A DNA stretch of 64,000 nucleotides, from the NCBI GenBank assembly GCA_963809785.1, contig CAWEKV010000001.1, positions 3,464,408-3,528,407 on the forward strand, given 5' to 3'. This stretch comes from an uncultured Planctomycetia bacterium. Its GTDB lineage: Bacteria; Planctomycetota; Planctomycetia; Pirellulales; S012-138. Shown piece by piece: positions 1-10,563 of this stretch (position 1 is the stretch's first letter; every line of letters begins with the position of its first letter). The notes below the pieces were generated by a model. The model saw nothing but the letters and a program-made list of their open reading frames with translations. It searched no databases and was not told where the DNA came from. Made by a program: the position numbers and the translations under genes.

Positions 1-556
1 CCAGCAAGAAGGTGGGCAGATTCACGCCGCTGGGAATGCCGTCCTGCCGAGGCCGCAGATAGTCCAGCGCCGCGGCATAGCACGGCCAGTCTTGCCGCGA
101 GGCCACCTTGTCGTCGGGACGGTCCTCGGGCAGACCGGGGATCGGCGCGCCGGTGAGCACCTGGTGCGTGGCGGGCAGGTGTCCGGCATTGCCGTGAGAC
201 ATCGAGCGGATGACGGCCCAGCGGTCGGCCTGCGAGGCCAATCGAGGCAAGTGCTCGCTGACCTGGATGCCCGAGACGCGGGTGGCGATCGGCTTGAATT
301 CGCCGCGAACGCTGGTGGGGGCATTCGGCTTGGGATCGAGCGTGTCGATATGGCTGGCGCCGCCGGTCTGAAAGACCAGGATGACGCGTTTGGCTCGCGC
401 TCCGGCGCCGGCGCGGTCCTTAGCTGCGGCGGTAGCGCTCGAGGCGATCCCGCTAAGGCCAAGACCGAGCGCCGTCGAGAACCCCACTTGCAGGACCTCG
501 CGCCGATTCTTCAAGGGCGCGGCAAGGTGGCGGTCGCTCGAATCGAATTGTGGCAT
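1..556 (-). CDS. DUF1501 family protein (sulfatase fold, Tat-type signal), 5' part only; continues past the window start
   Basis: My translation of the minus strand from the ATG at 554-556 gives MPQFDSSDRHLAAPLKNRREVLQVGFSTALGLGLSG...RVILVFQTGGASHIDTLDPKP...SMSHGNAGH. These are the conserved N-terminal DUF1501 motifs. The frame stays open to base 1, so it is absent from the ORF track. Confidence 0.85.
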   Translation of the reverse strand, partial: MPQFDSSDRHLAAPLKNRREVLQVGFSTALGLGLSGIASSATAAAKDRAGAGARAKRVILVFQTGGASHIDTLDPKPNAPTSVRGEFKPIATRVSGIQVSEHLPRLASQADRWAVIRSMSHGNAGHLPATHQVLTGAPIPGLPEDRPDDKVASRQDWPCYAAALDYLRPRQDGIPSGVNLPTFLL

Positions 557-676
557 GATCGTCCTCGTCCGTATGATGCCTGTGCGGGCCTCAGTGTATT
601 TGGCCAGGCCCCGTGGTGAAAGGTCTTTCTCCCGATCGCGCTCCAACAGAACAGCCAGGTCCCTTCGAGGAAACCC

Positions 677-3600
677 ATGAGAAAGAGCCGTCTTTCACTG
701 GTGCTTGTTGTCGCGATCGGCGCTTCTTGCCCGGCTGGAGTGGCCGCAACCGACCCTGCCGATACGCATCCCGATTTGCACCTGATCCCGTGGCCCAAAT
801 CGCTGGAGAAGGGTGCGGGACACCTGCGGCTCACGGCCGAGAGCCGGATCGTGGCCAGCGCCGATGAACTCAAGCCGCTGGCGGACGTGCTCTCCGGACG
901 AGATCGCCAAGCTGACGGGCCTGAAGCTCGAGGTGACCGCGGGGCCAGGGCGGGCCGGCGATATCGTCCTGAAGATCGACCCGACGATCAAGGCCGGCGA
1001 GCAGATCCTGGTGCTTGCGAAACCGCGAGCCGGTGCGGACGACCGACGGCGCCCACACGATCGCCATCGATCGAGCAAGCGGTCGTGGCGGGCTTCGACT
1101 ATCGGGCGACGGCCGAAGGCACGTCCACGCTCCTGCAGCTGCTTGGCAAGACCGAGAGCGACGTTCGTCTGCCCAGAGTGACCATCAAGGACTGGCCGCA
1201 TGCCGACTACTGCGGCGTCATGCTCGACGTGGCGCGGCAAGACCATCCGATCGACGCCATCAAGAAGGTGGTGCAACTCTGCCGGCTCTACAAGGCCCGC
1301 TACCTGCAGCTGCACCTGACCGACGACCAGGGCTGGACGTTCCCGTCCACCAAGTACCCCAAGCTCGGCTCGAAGAACTACGGGGCCCACGGCGGCGTCG
1401 CGCCCCGCGTCTACAAGCTGGAGGAGCTGAAGGAGCTGGTGGCCTACGCCGACGCCCGCGGCGTGACGCTCGTGCCCGAGTTGGAAGTGCCCGGCCATTC
1501 CGGCGCGGCCCTGCGGTCGCTGCCCGAGATCTTCGACGCGATCAACCCGCAGTCCAGAGCAGCCGGTCGGCATGGGCTGCATGAACATGTCGAACGAGGA
1601 GATCTATCCCGCCCTCGACACGCTCATCGGCGAGATGTGCGACGTGTTTCGCTCGTCGCCGTATTTCCACATCGGCAGCGACGAGGTGACCTCCGGCCGG
1701 CTGTCGCTGCACCCCGGCTACAAGGCGTTCATGGCGAAGCACGGCCTGAAGGACGACCACGAGCTGGCCGACCACTTCATCGCGACGGTGTGCGCGATGG
1801 TCAAGAAGCACGGCAAGAAGGCGATCAAGTGGGAAGGGCTGTCCAACACGGCCACCAAGGACGTGATCATCATGGCCTGGGAAGGGAACAGCACCGTGGC
1901 CACGGAGATGCTGGCCCGCGGCTACACGACGATCACCTGCCCCTGGAACCTGGGCGTGCCGTGGGAAGAGTGGAACATGTACGTCTGCAACGCCAGCCGG
2001 CTCAAGAAGGGGGATTCGGTGCTGGGGGCGACGCTGGTGGCCTGGGAGCAGCCGCCGCTGACGCACATCACGAACCTCCGCAATCTGGCCAGCCGCCAGG
2101 AGCGGACCTGGGGGCCGGACAACTCGGTGACGGTCGAGGGCTTCGCCGCCCGCTTCCAGCCGCTCGACGCGGTGGCCGGCAAGCTGATCGAGATGCCTCC
2201 CAAGCCGCAGTTGGAGGCGACCGTTCACGACCTCGGTGGGCACGAGCGACTTCCTCGATCCCGTGTTCGCCTTCGACGGCAACGACGCCACGTTCTACAA
2301 GTCGGCCGGTCCGCCCAAGACGCGGCGACCACTTCACGCTGACGTTCACGCAAGCCACAGCAGGTCTACGCGATCGAGGTGCTGACGGGCATCAATCGCC
2401 AGGGCCTGCTCGCCGGCGGCGAGGTGCAGGTTTCCGCCGACGGCACGAAGTTCACGACCGTCGCCAAGCTCGAGCAAGGGCATCGCCCAAGGCGGTCCTG
2501 AAGGACAACCGCGTGCAGTCGGTCCGCCTGCGGGCCGCGGCCGATCAAAGCGAGCCGCTGGTCGTGCGGGCGATCAACTTGCAGTTGATGGTCGAGGTGT
2601 CCGGCATGGTCCGCAACCCGGCGGCGGCCATCGGCGAGGGCAACGTCGCCGTGACCAAGGGCGACACGGAGTTCGCCTACCCGATCGGCACCTGCGCGTC
2701 GCCCGTCATCAACCGGGGCTTCACGCTGAAGCTCAACAACGGCGGCAACCCCTGCACCTACAGCGGGCCCGATCTCCGGCACGGGCAAGGTGGAGATCCA
2801 CGCGGGCGGCCCGAACGCGCCGCTCGTGCTCGACGGCAAGGCCGCCAACACCATGCAGGGCACCTGGTCGGTCAAGGCCGGCCGCGTCGTGCTCGCCAAG
2901 GAGCCCGGCGCGGACGCGCTCGGCGGCACGATCATCGTCGGCGGCGGAACGAGCGATCAAGACTCGCTCGTCTGGAACGGCAGCGATCAGCTCGACGACG
3001 CCGCCAGCGTTCAGCTGCTCAGCTCCGCCAAGGGCGGCGCCGCGGCTCGACCTGAACGGCTTCAGCGACACGATCGCCCGTCTGACGCTGGCTGCCGGGA
3101 ACGAAGGTGCTGACCGACGGTCCGCAGGGCGGCGGCGTGCTGACCGTCGGCGAGCTGACGGTCGACGGCAAGCCGATGCCCAAGGGCGTCTACACGTCCT
3201 CCACGGGATGGCTGCGACGGACGCGGCTACGTGGTCGTCGGCGACGTGAAGCACGTCGCGGCGTCCGGCGTGGTGGACGACCCGAACCAGGCGATCGGCG
3301 CGGCAACATCGCCGTGCTCAAGGCGGCCGACGACCTTCAAGCTGCCCGACGGCGAATGCTCGGTCGCAGCCGTGACCGGCGACTTCTCCGCTGACGCTCG
3401 TCTCCGGCGGCGGCAAAGCCCGCTTCGACGGCTTCATCACCGGCAACGGCGCCGCTGCGCATCGAGGCGGCCGCACGAGCGGCCCTTGGAGATCGCCGGC
3501 TCGCCGAGCAACTCCTACCGGGGCGCCACGACGCTCGCGCGCGGCGTCCTGAAGCTGAACAAGCCGGCCAACGCGATCGCGATTCCGGGCGACCTGCGTC

Positions 3601-4579
3601 TCGGCGGGTCGGCGGCGGAGAACCAAGGGCGACGCGGTCATCTGGGAAGCCGACGGCCAGATCGCCCCGTCCGCGGTCGTGACGCTGCAAGGCAGCCAGC
3701 CGTCGCTCCTGGACCTGAACGGCCACAAGGCCGCGTTCGGCAAGCTGCTGCTGTCGAAGGCCGCCGTGATCCGCACGGGCAAGGGCGGCGGCGCTCCGGG
3801 TCAAGCAGCTCTTCGTGGACGGCAAGCGGCTGAAGGACGGCGTCTACCGGCTCCGCAGTCGTGGCTGGAGGGCACCGGGGACCGTGACGGTTGACTCGCG
3901 CGTGGACGTCCAGGGCGTCATCGGCTCGCCGGAGGTCGCGATCGGCCCGGGCAACATCGGCAACCTGACCGGCGACACGAAGATCGCCTACCCATCGAGC
4001 GGCGGCGACTTCGACATCGTCACGAACGGCTTCACGCTCACGCTCGACAGCGGCGACGGCAACGCGTTCGCCTACTCGGGCAGCATCTCGGGCACCGGCA
4101 ACGTGGAGTTCTTCATGGGGCCGTCGTACACCGGCTACAAGGACGCCCCGCTGCGCTTGACGGGCGGCAAGCCGAACACCACGTCCGGCAAGTTCCTCGT
4201 GAAGAAGGGGCGCGTGCAGCTCGAGAAGCCCGAAGGCGTCGATGCGATCTCCGGCGACGTGATCGTCGGCGGACAGGGCTTCAACGACTGCCTGTTCTGG
4301 AAGCACAGCCACCAGCTCAAGGACACGGTGAACATCACGCTGCTCGACGCCGGCAACAACGGCGCGGCCTACCTGCATCTCAACGGCTGTCAGGAGACCG
4401 CCGCCAGCCTGACGATGACGGTCAACAACAAGGTGCTCACCGATTCGATCGCAGGCGCCGGCGGTGTCTTGACCGTCAAGGCGCTGACCGTCGGCGGAGC
4501 AGCACAGTCCGCCGGCACTTACACGGCCGCCACGGCCAAATGGATCGAAGGCAAAGGGAAAGTGATCGTGCGGCCGTAA
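677..4579 (+). pseudogene. Giant secreted glycosidase: GH20 beta-N-acetylhexosaminidase + discoidin (F5/8 type C)-like domain + autotransporter-type beta-strand repeats; frame broken many times
   Basis: Signal peptide MRKSRLSLVLVVAIGASCPAG. The GH20 core IKDWPHADYCGVMLDVARQ...LQLHLTDDQGW...LVPELEVPGHSGA continues in another frame (1572-2342: HIGSDEV...IKWEG...LVAWEQ). Next come GDHFTLTFTQ / VYAIEVLTGINRQG..VQVSADGTKFTTVAKL, then repeated ..TYSG.ISGTG.VE.. / LNG....LT units, ending ...KWIEGKGKVIVRP* at 4579. The coding signal hops among + ORFs 677-, 813-, 1015-, 1572-, 2790-, 3107-, 3231- and 3815-4579. Confidence 0.7.
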
Positions 4580-4727
4580 TATCCCGAATCGGAAATTGGC
4601 CAAACGAAGTTGCCAGGTCGGGTCGCCGAGATGGTGGCCTCAGAGGCACAGAGAGCTTGGCGCGGCGTAGCCGCAACTAAACGAGCGCGACGAGCAAGCT
4701 GCGTCCACATCTCGCGGAAAGGAAGGC

Positions 4728-4847
4728 AACCACGAATAGTACGAATAACACGAATAAGAGGAGCAAGCCGAGCGATGGCGTGTTCGTCGCGAACTTGCGT
4801 CGTCGCAAATTCTGAGTTTCATTCGTGGTATTCGTGTTATTCGTGGT
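4728..4847. repeat. Hairpin with arms made of tandem ~9-nt units (ccacgaata/gtacgaata/acacgaata), ~62-nt spacer
   Basis: The left arm aaccacgaatagtacgaataacacgaata (4728-4757) is the near-perfect reverse complement of cattcgtggtattcgtgttattcgtggtt (4820-4847). It is AT-richer than its surroundings and lies in the GH20/ggt intergenic region. Confidence 0.85.
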
Positions 4848-4886
4848 TGTCCTTCTTCGCTTCAGGACACGGGAATATCGAGCCCG

Positions 4887-6493
4887 ATGATTGCGAATCG
4901 AACCAGGGCCGTCGTGGCGGGCCGGCACGGCGCCGTGGCCTCCGCGCATCCACTCTCTAGCCAGGTTGGGCTGGATTGCCTCCGCACCGGAGGCAACGCG
5001 ATCGACGCGGCGGTCGCCATGGCCGCGGCGCTCAACGTCGTGGAACCGTACATGAGCGGCGTCGGCGGCGCCGGCTTGCTGCTGCTCTATCTGGCTCGCG
5101 GCGAAACGAAGACTCTCAACTTCAGCGGCAACACGCCGGCCGCTGCCATGCCCGAGCAATTCACGCCGCAAAGCGTTGACGTTGGGCCGCGCGCCTGCTT
5201 GATTCCCGGCAACGTGGCGGGGTGGTTGGAGGCGCTGCGCGGCACGGCACCCAGCCGGCCACCGCGGTGTTTGCTCCCGCCATCCGCCTGGCCGAGGAAG
5301 GGTTCCCGCTGCACCCCCTGAACGTCCGCCTGATCGAGCAATCGCTGCCGCGGCTGAATCCTCCGGCCATGCAGATCTACGGAAGCGTGCCGCAGCGGAT
5401 CGGCGCCATCCTTCAGCAGCCGGAGCTGGCCCTTACGCTCCGCTCGATTGCCGAGCACGGCGCCGACTACTTCTATCGCGGGCCGCTCGCTCATCGGATC
5501 GCCGACTATGTCCAGTCGCAAGGCGGGCTGCTGACGCGCGACGATCTGGCCGGCTACGAGCCCCAGTGGCGGCAGCCCGTCGGCGTGACGTACCGCGGGC
5601 TGGAGGTCAAAACCTGTCCTCCCAACGCGGAAGGTTTTCAGATTCTCCAGACGCTCAAGCTGCTCGAATCGCGGGACCTCGGATCGCTGGGCCACAATTC
5701 CGCGGATTATATTCACCTGCTCAGCGAGGCCATGAAACTCGCCACCGCCGACCGGATTCGCTGGGGAGGCGACCCGAAGTTCCACGACGCTCCCTTGAAT
5801 CGTCTGCTGGCGGAAGACTACCTGGCCGAGCGGCGGAAGCGGATCGATCCCCTGAAGGCGTCCCGCAGCGAGGGCGAACGCTGGCGGGGCTCGCACGCGG
5901 CCGGGACGGTCTTGCCGGGCATGATCGAGGGCCTGACGACGCACCTGACCGCCGTTGACGCCGAGGGCAACGTGGCCAGCATCACGCAGTCGCTGGGCGG
6001 CGGGTTTGGCTGCGGCGTGGTCGTGCCGGAAACAGGAATCGCGCTCAACAACCTGCTGTTCTGGACGGAGATCGATCCGAGCTGCTTCACGCCGAACCTG
6101 ATCCATCCCGGCAAGCAATGGTCCTGCCCGATGGCCCCCGTGCACGTCTTTCACCCGGACGGCTTCTGGTTTTCGATCGGCACGCCCGGCAGCTACGGCA
6201 TCCTGCAAACGACGGTGCAAATGCTATTGAATATCGTCGAGTTCGAGGCCGATCCCCAGTTGGCCATCGATGCGGCCCGTTTTCGGATCTACGAAGAAAC
6301 CCGGATGCAGATCGAAGACCGCGTTTCGCGCGCCACCCGCGACGAGCTGACGGCTCGCGGACACGTGTTGGAACCGATCGGCGATTACTCGATGCTGGTC
6401 GGCGGCGGGCAAGCCGTGATGATCGATCGGCAATCCGCTGCGCGCCTGGCCGGCGCCGATCCGCGACGGGATGGCTATGCGCTGGCCTACTGA
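4887..6493 (+). CDS. ggt: Gamma-glutamyltranspeptidase family protein (one frame change near 5225)
   Basis: N-terminal part (4887-5321 ORF): HGAVASAHPLSSQVGLDCLRTGGNAIDAAVAMAAALNVVEPYMSGVGGAG. It continues in ORF 5222-6493 with FAPAIRLAEEGFPL and the autoprocessing-site region LTTHLTAVDAEGNVASITQSLGGGFG, then GTPGSYGILQT. Confidence 0.85.
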
Positions 6494-8994
6494 TTTGAGT
6501 GAATCTGTTGGGCCTTCAAGGAATGCGCGGGCGGCGCCTCGCCGCCCTCCGCTTGACCGAACGCCCGGCGAACTTCCGGGCGCGACAACTCCGAGAAGAT
6601 CCAAATGCCCAGCGCGATCCCTAGCGGAAAGCCAGGGTGAAGCGGCAGCATGGCCAAGACGGTGGCCGTTCGCACGAGCCGCCACGATTCGAGGTCCCAC
6701 AAACGCGCTCCACCCAGCCACATCAGTCCTGACAGCGGGATATTGATGACGAGCAGAATCGCGAGCCCCACCGCACCGTAGAACGCCGTGTCATCCCCGG
6801 TGACTTTTTCACTCAGCTTGACGAGGAGAGCTAGCAGGATCACCACGTTCAGGTTCGCCAAGACGATCAATAGCGACGCCGGCAGTTTGACGTACGACTG
6901 GGCCTGTGGATCGGGACGACGCCGCGCGCTGAGCGTCGGCTCGCGTGTGGTGGCTGATGGTGCCCCGTCGAAGGTCTGCACCTCGGTAGTCATCAGGCTA
7001 CCGGCCTCGTCCCTCGGCGTCGCCACTCTGGCCAAGGGCACCCGGTGCTTGGGCGATCGCGCCGCAGCTTGCGATGTGGACAGGCCCAGCAAGCGCCGCA
7101 GCGGCCGCCACGTACGGTGCATGAACAGGATTGTCCACAGGAACAGTACGAGGCTGAATTGCCCGGCGGCCCGCACGTCACGTTCGCTGGGGACGAAAAG
7201 CTGGCGCATGCCCTCACTGGCGAACCTGGCTGATACGAAGTATGGTTCGGTCTGACTTCGCCGACCCCAACTCTGTGGCGTCACCATCCAGGTACCGCCC
7301 GAGGGTGTTTTCACTCGCAAATCGCTCCAATTGGCGGGGTCGCGCCGTGGCAGCGGCTGATCCATTTCCAGCATCAGCACTTCGCCGTGAATCGCGACCA
7401 GCCGTGCCGGCACGCCGCCGAACCACCAGTCGGCGTTGTCCCCCTCGTGCACGAGAGGCGTTTTTTCAGGGGCCGTGGGGATCGTGACCGTCACGCCGCC
7501 GGGAACGGAGTCAGTCGCCGCGCGGTTCAACCAGGTGGCGCGGCGATACCAGATGTCGCCGTGGACCAAGGGCAGCTTTGGCACCCAGGGGATCGCCAGC
7601 AGCAGGAGCAGGGCCCCTGCGACGTAGTGTGCCCAGGCACGCCCCTTGGCCCGAGTCGGCCGGCTGGGATCCGCCGTCCGGCCCACGATCCAAAGCAAGC
7701 CGGCGAAGCCACCGATGACCAGGAAGAACCCTGCCACGGCCTGTTCGCTGAGCGCTGCTTCGGTGCTGAATTGAGCCCATCCCGCCAGGAGCAGCACCGT
7801 GGTCACCGCGGCGACCGCCAGATACCACCGCCACGCCAACGGGGCCTCGAGAAAACTCAGGACGCCGCCACCACGCTCTTGCTCGTCCCTACCGCGGCGC
7901 ACGAGCTCAGTCCTCGTTTCGCCAGATGCTCGTTGCACGTCCGGTCGTGATAAGACGGACAGGACCCAAACGCCCAAGGGAATTCCCAATGGAAAGGCGA
8001 GGCTTAAAGGCAGCATGGCTAGAATCGCTCCGGCGCGCGCCATTCCCTGCGATTCACCGCTGGCCATCCGGGCGGCACCAACGAGCATGACGCCCGATGA
8101 CGGCATATTCACTACCAGGACCGCGCCCAAGAACATCATCAGCGCCGCTTCGTCGAAGCCATCCGGATCGTTGTGATCGATTGCCGCGGCGACGAGGAAG
8201 GCCGCGGCCAGGCTCACCAGGTTGAACACCGCATACAGAGCCAGCGCCCAAGCCGGCCCTTTGAGGCGCGCCGTGAGCGCCGCCTTCAATGCCGCATCGT
8301 CAGCGGCAGGCGCGCCGAGGTTTGCTGTCGTTGCGGCCGGGGGCGATTGCTGACCGATCTTCTGAACATCGGTCTTTACCTCGCTGGCATGTTGGTATCT
8401 TTGCTCAGGCTCATGTTCCAGCGAGCGGATCGATGAAGTCGTGCTGCACTGCAGGGCGTCGCAGATTTGCGGCACGATCGCCAGGGCCTCGTCCGCCGCC
8501 AGTTGGCCGCCGGCAAGCACCTGCCGCAGCGTCGCTCCTTCGACGTATTCCATCAGGAAGTAATAGAGCCCATCGGCTTGCCCGAAGTCGTAGACAGCCA
8601 CGATGTGCGGATGGCTGAGCCGGGCCAGGGAGCGTGCCTCGCGCTGAAAGCGCTCGGCGAAGTCTGGCACGCTTCGCACTTCCGGCGGCAGCACCTTGAG
8701 GGCAACCAAGCGGTCCAAGACAGGTTGGCGGGCCTTATAGACTGCCCCCATGCCGCCACGGCCGATGAGCTCGAGGATCTCCAAATGCGGAAACCGCTGG
8801 GCCAGCTCGGCGATCGACGGCGGAGTGAACCCGCCGGGCGGCGTGGCAGCGGTTGGCGCATCATCCGGCGAAACCCCGCAGCCCGTCTGGCTCTCCCTCA
8901 AACCGCCATCGAGCAAGCACTTAGGGCATATCCCCTGGGGTGCTTCGGCGGCGATTTCTCCGCCGCAGGTAGGGCAACGACGAATGTCGGTCAC
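6487..8994 (-). CDS. Ser/Thr protein kinase-like polytopic membrane protein; kinase domain lacks its catalytic core (pseudokinase)
   Basis: GTG start at 8994 with AGGAG 6 nt upstream. N-terminal zinc ribbon CPTCGG..CPKC. Kinase subdomains I-V are present (IGRGGMGAVYKA, VALKVL, FQREARSLARL, LMEYVEG). After QICDALQ the sequence jumps directly to ..IRSLEHEPEQRYQHASEV. I found no HRD, DFG or APE motif anywhere in the 835 aa. The C-terminal two thirds are hydrophobic and contain an internally duplicated module ending ...GIPLGVWVLSVLSRPDVQRA / ...GIALGIWIFSELSRPEVRRA. Confidence 0.8.
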   Translation of the reverse strand: MTDIRRCPTCGGEIAAEAPQGICPKCLLDGGLRESQTGCGVSPDDAPTAATPPGGFTPPSIAELAQRFPHLEILELIGRGGMGAVYKARQPVLDRLVALKVLPPEVRSVPDFAERFQREARSLARLSHPHIVAVYDFGQADGLYYFLMEYVEGATLRQVLAGGQLAADEALAIVPQICDALQCSTTSSIRSLEHEPEQRYQHASEVKTDVQKIGQQSPPAATTANLGAPAADDAALKAALTARLKGPAWALALYAVFNLVSLAAAFLVAAAIDHNDPDGFDEAALMMFLGAVLVVNMPSSGVMLVGAARMASGESQGMARAGAILAMLPLSLAFPLGIPLGVWVLSVLSRPDVQRASGETRTELVRRGRDEQERGGGVLSFLEAPLAWRWYLAVAAVTTVLLLAGWAQFSTEAALSEQAVAGFFLVIGGFAGLLWIVGRTADPSRPTRAKGRAWAHYVAGALLLLLAIPWVPKLPLVHGDIWYRRATWLNRAATDSVPGGVTVTIPTAPEKTPLVHEGDNADWWFGGVPARLVAIHGEVLMLEMDQPLPRRDPANWSDLRVKTPSGGTWMVTPQSWGRRSQTEPYFVSARFASEGMRQLFVPSERDVRAAGQFSLVLFLWTILFMHRTWRPLRRLLGLSTSQAAARSPKHRVPLARVATPRDEAGSLMTTEVQTFDGAPSATTREPTLSARRRPDPQAQSYVKLPASLLIVLANLNVVILLALLVKLSEKVTGDDTAFYGAVGLAILLVINIPLSGLMWLGGARLWDLESWRLVRTATVLAMLPLHPGFPLGIALGIWIFSELSRPEVRRAFGQAEGGEAPPAHSLKAQQIHSNQ

Positions 8995-9086
8995 GGCAGG
9001 CTCCTGTCAATTCCAGCGGTCTCTACCTTCCTCTACAGGAAATGCCGGCAAACGTGACACAATTAGATAGTAGATAGAGGCGCACT

Positions 9087-9779
9087 TCACTCCAGGGCCG
9101 TGCGTAACGCCCGCAGCTCGTCATCCACCTGCTCGGGGTCGGCCACCGTCTGAGCGATCTCGGCTCGCAGAAGTTCTCGATACCGCTTCCGCAGCCGATG
9201 GAGGGCCTGGCGCGCGGCCTCGGGGGACACGTGCAGCGCTTCGGCTGCCTCGGCCGCAACATGGGACGACGACTGGCCCGCCAGGTATTCTTTGAAGGCT
9301 GCAAACTGTCGCTCGCGTCCGGTGGCGATTTGCTCGTCCCGCAGCCGCCGCATGACCACGTCGAGCACGGCCAGGGCCCACTGCCGATCGAACAGTTTCT
9401 CAGGCGTGAGGTGGTGTACAGGTTCGAGCGAATAGCGGGATTCGCTGGCCGCGAAGTCGATCGAGACGAGGGAGTACCCCCCGCCCCGTTTCGCTGCCAG
9501 CGCCTTGTCCCGCTCGTTGGCCAAGAAGTTCCGCAGGGCGGTCAGCAAGAACCCGCGAAACCGCCCCCGCTCCGGCTGGGCCGCCGCCAAGGCCCGCTTT
9601 TCCAACAAGTGGGCAAAGAACTCTTGGACCAGGTCCTGGGCCTCTGGTGGCTTGTGCGCGTGACGCCGTGCATATGCGTACAGAGGATACCAGTAGCGTC
9701 CGCAGAGGTCCGCCAGGGCCGTGGCAGCCCTCTGCCCGCCATCGCCCGCGGCCCGAGCCACGAGGCTCCACTGCGTCAT
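9087..9779 (-). CDS. ECF-type RNA polymerase sigma factor (planctomycete kinase-associated type)
   Basis: From ATG 9779: MTQWSLVARAAGDGG..ALADLCGRYWYPLYAYARR. Region 2-like DLVQEFFAHLLE and region 4 HTH AAEALHVSPEAARQALHRLRKRYRELL. The ORF-track start at 9899 adds 40 Arg-rich residues that are unlikely to be coding. Confidence 0.8.
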   Translation of the reverse strand: MTQWSLVARAAGDGGQRAATALADLCGRYWYPLYAYARRHAHKPPEAQDLVQEFFAHLLEKRALAAAQPERGRFRGFLLTALRNFLANERDKALAAKRGGGYSLVSIDFAASESRYSLEPVHHLTPEKLFDRQWALAVLDVVMRRLRDEQIATGRERQFAAFKEYLAGQSSSHVAAEAAEALHVSPEAARQALHRLRKRYRELLRAEIAQTVADPEQVDDELRALRTALE

Positions 9780-9918
9780 CGGAAAGGAATCGACCGGCGC
9801 TGATTCCGAACGCCGGGGGGCAGATCGCTCATCGCGGCGAGGATGTGAACTAGCGCGGCACCATACAAGGCATTGTAAGTAGCCAATCCGGCGCGGCAAA
9901 TCTTGGCTGGAGTGTGGG

Positions 9919-10552
9919 TCAGTCGCTGCTAACCTTCAGCTGCGACGTGTGATCGTGGACGATCAGCCAGCGGTCGTCGAACTTGCGAATCGCGAGCGAA
10001 AAGTTGCCGGACACGGGGTCGCTCTCGCTCGACACCCCATTGCCCGAGGACCAGCGCCGCGGAGTCGCCCAACGGCGTGATTTCAAGTCCGCCGAATCTG
10101 AGGCGGCCCATTTTCTCCGGTGTCGGGTACCGCTCGCGGTAGCGATTCAGCGTCTCCGTCCAGCCCCGAGTCGTCTTACCGCCCGAGCTGAACGTGAGCG
10201 ATTCCGACTTCCAGTAATGCTCCATGAACGAATCGAGATCACCACGATTCCAGGCATCCTCCTGGGTTCGCAACACCGATTCGACCGCCGCACGAATCGA
10301 CTCGCCTTGAACGGTTGACGGTTCTGTTTCGCGGGAGCTGCGGCGCGAGGCCGCGACCTCTGCCTCGGCACGGGCGCGTTCCGCCTGCATCCGGGCTTCT
10401 GCTTCGGCCAGGCGAGCGCGCTCGGCTTCGTTCGCCGATTCCGCCGCGTGTCGCCCCATGACGAAATAAGTTACGCCGCCAGCCGCCAACAACAGGATCA
10501 AGGCCAGACCGATTGCGACAACGACGGCGGCGCCATCCGAGCGGTTTTCCAT
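9919..10552 (-). CDS. Membrane-anchored NTF2/SnoaL-like (DUF4440-type) protein; one frame change near 10025
   Basis: MENRSDGAAVVVAIGLALILLLAAGGVTYFV (TM helix), an Ala/Glu/Arg-rich coiled segment, then IRAAVESVLRTQEDAWNRGDLDSFMEHYWKSESLTFSSGGKTTRGW..VLGQWG. The natural C-terminus ..SDPVSGNFSLAIRKFDDRWLIVHDHTSQLKVSSD* is in the adjacent frame and ends at 9919. Confidence 0.65.
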
Positions 10553-10563
10553 GTCTTTCACGC

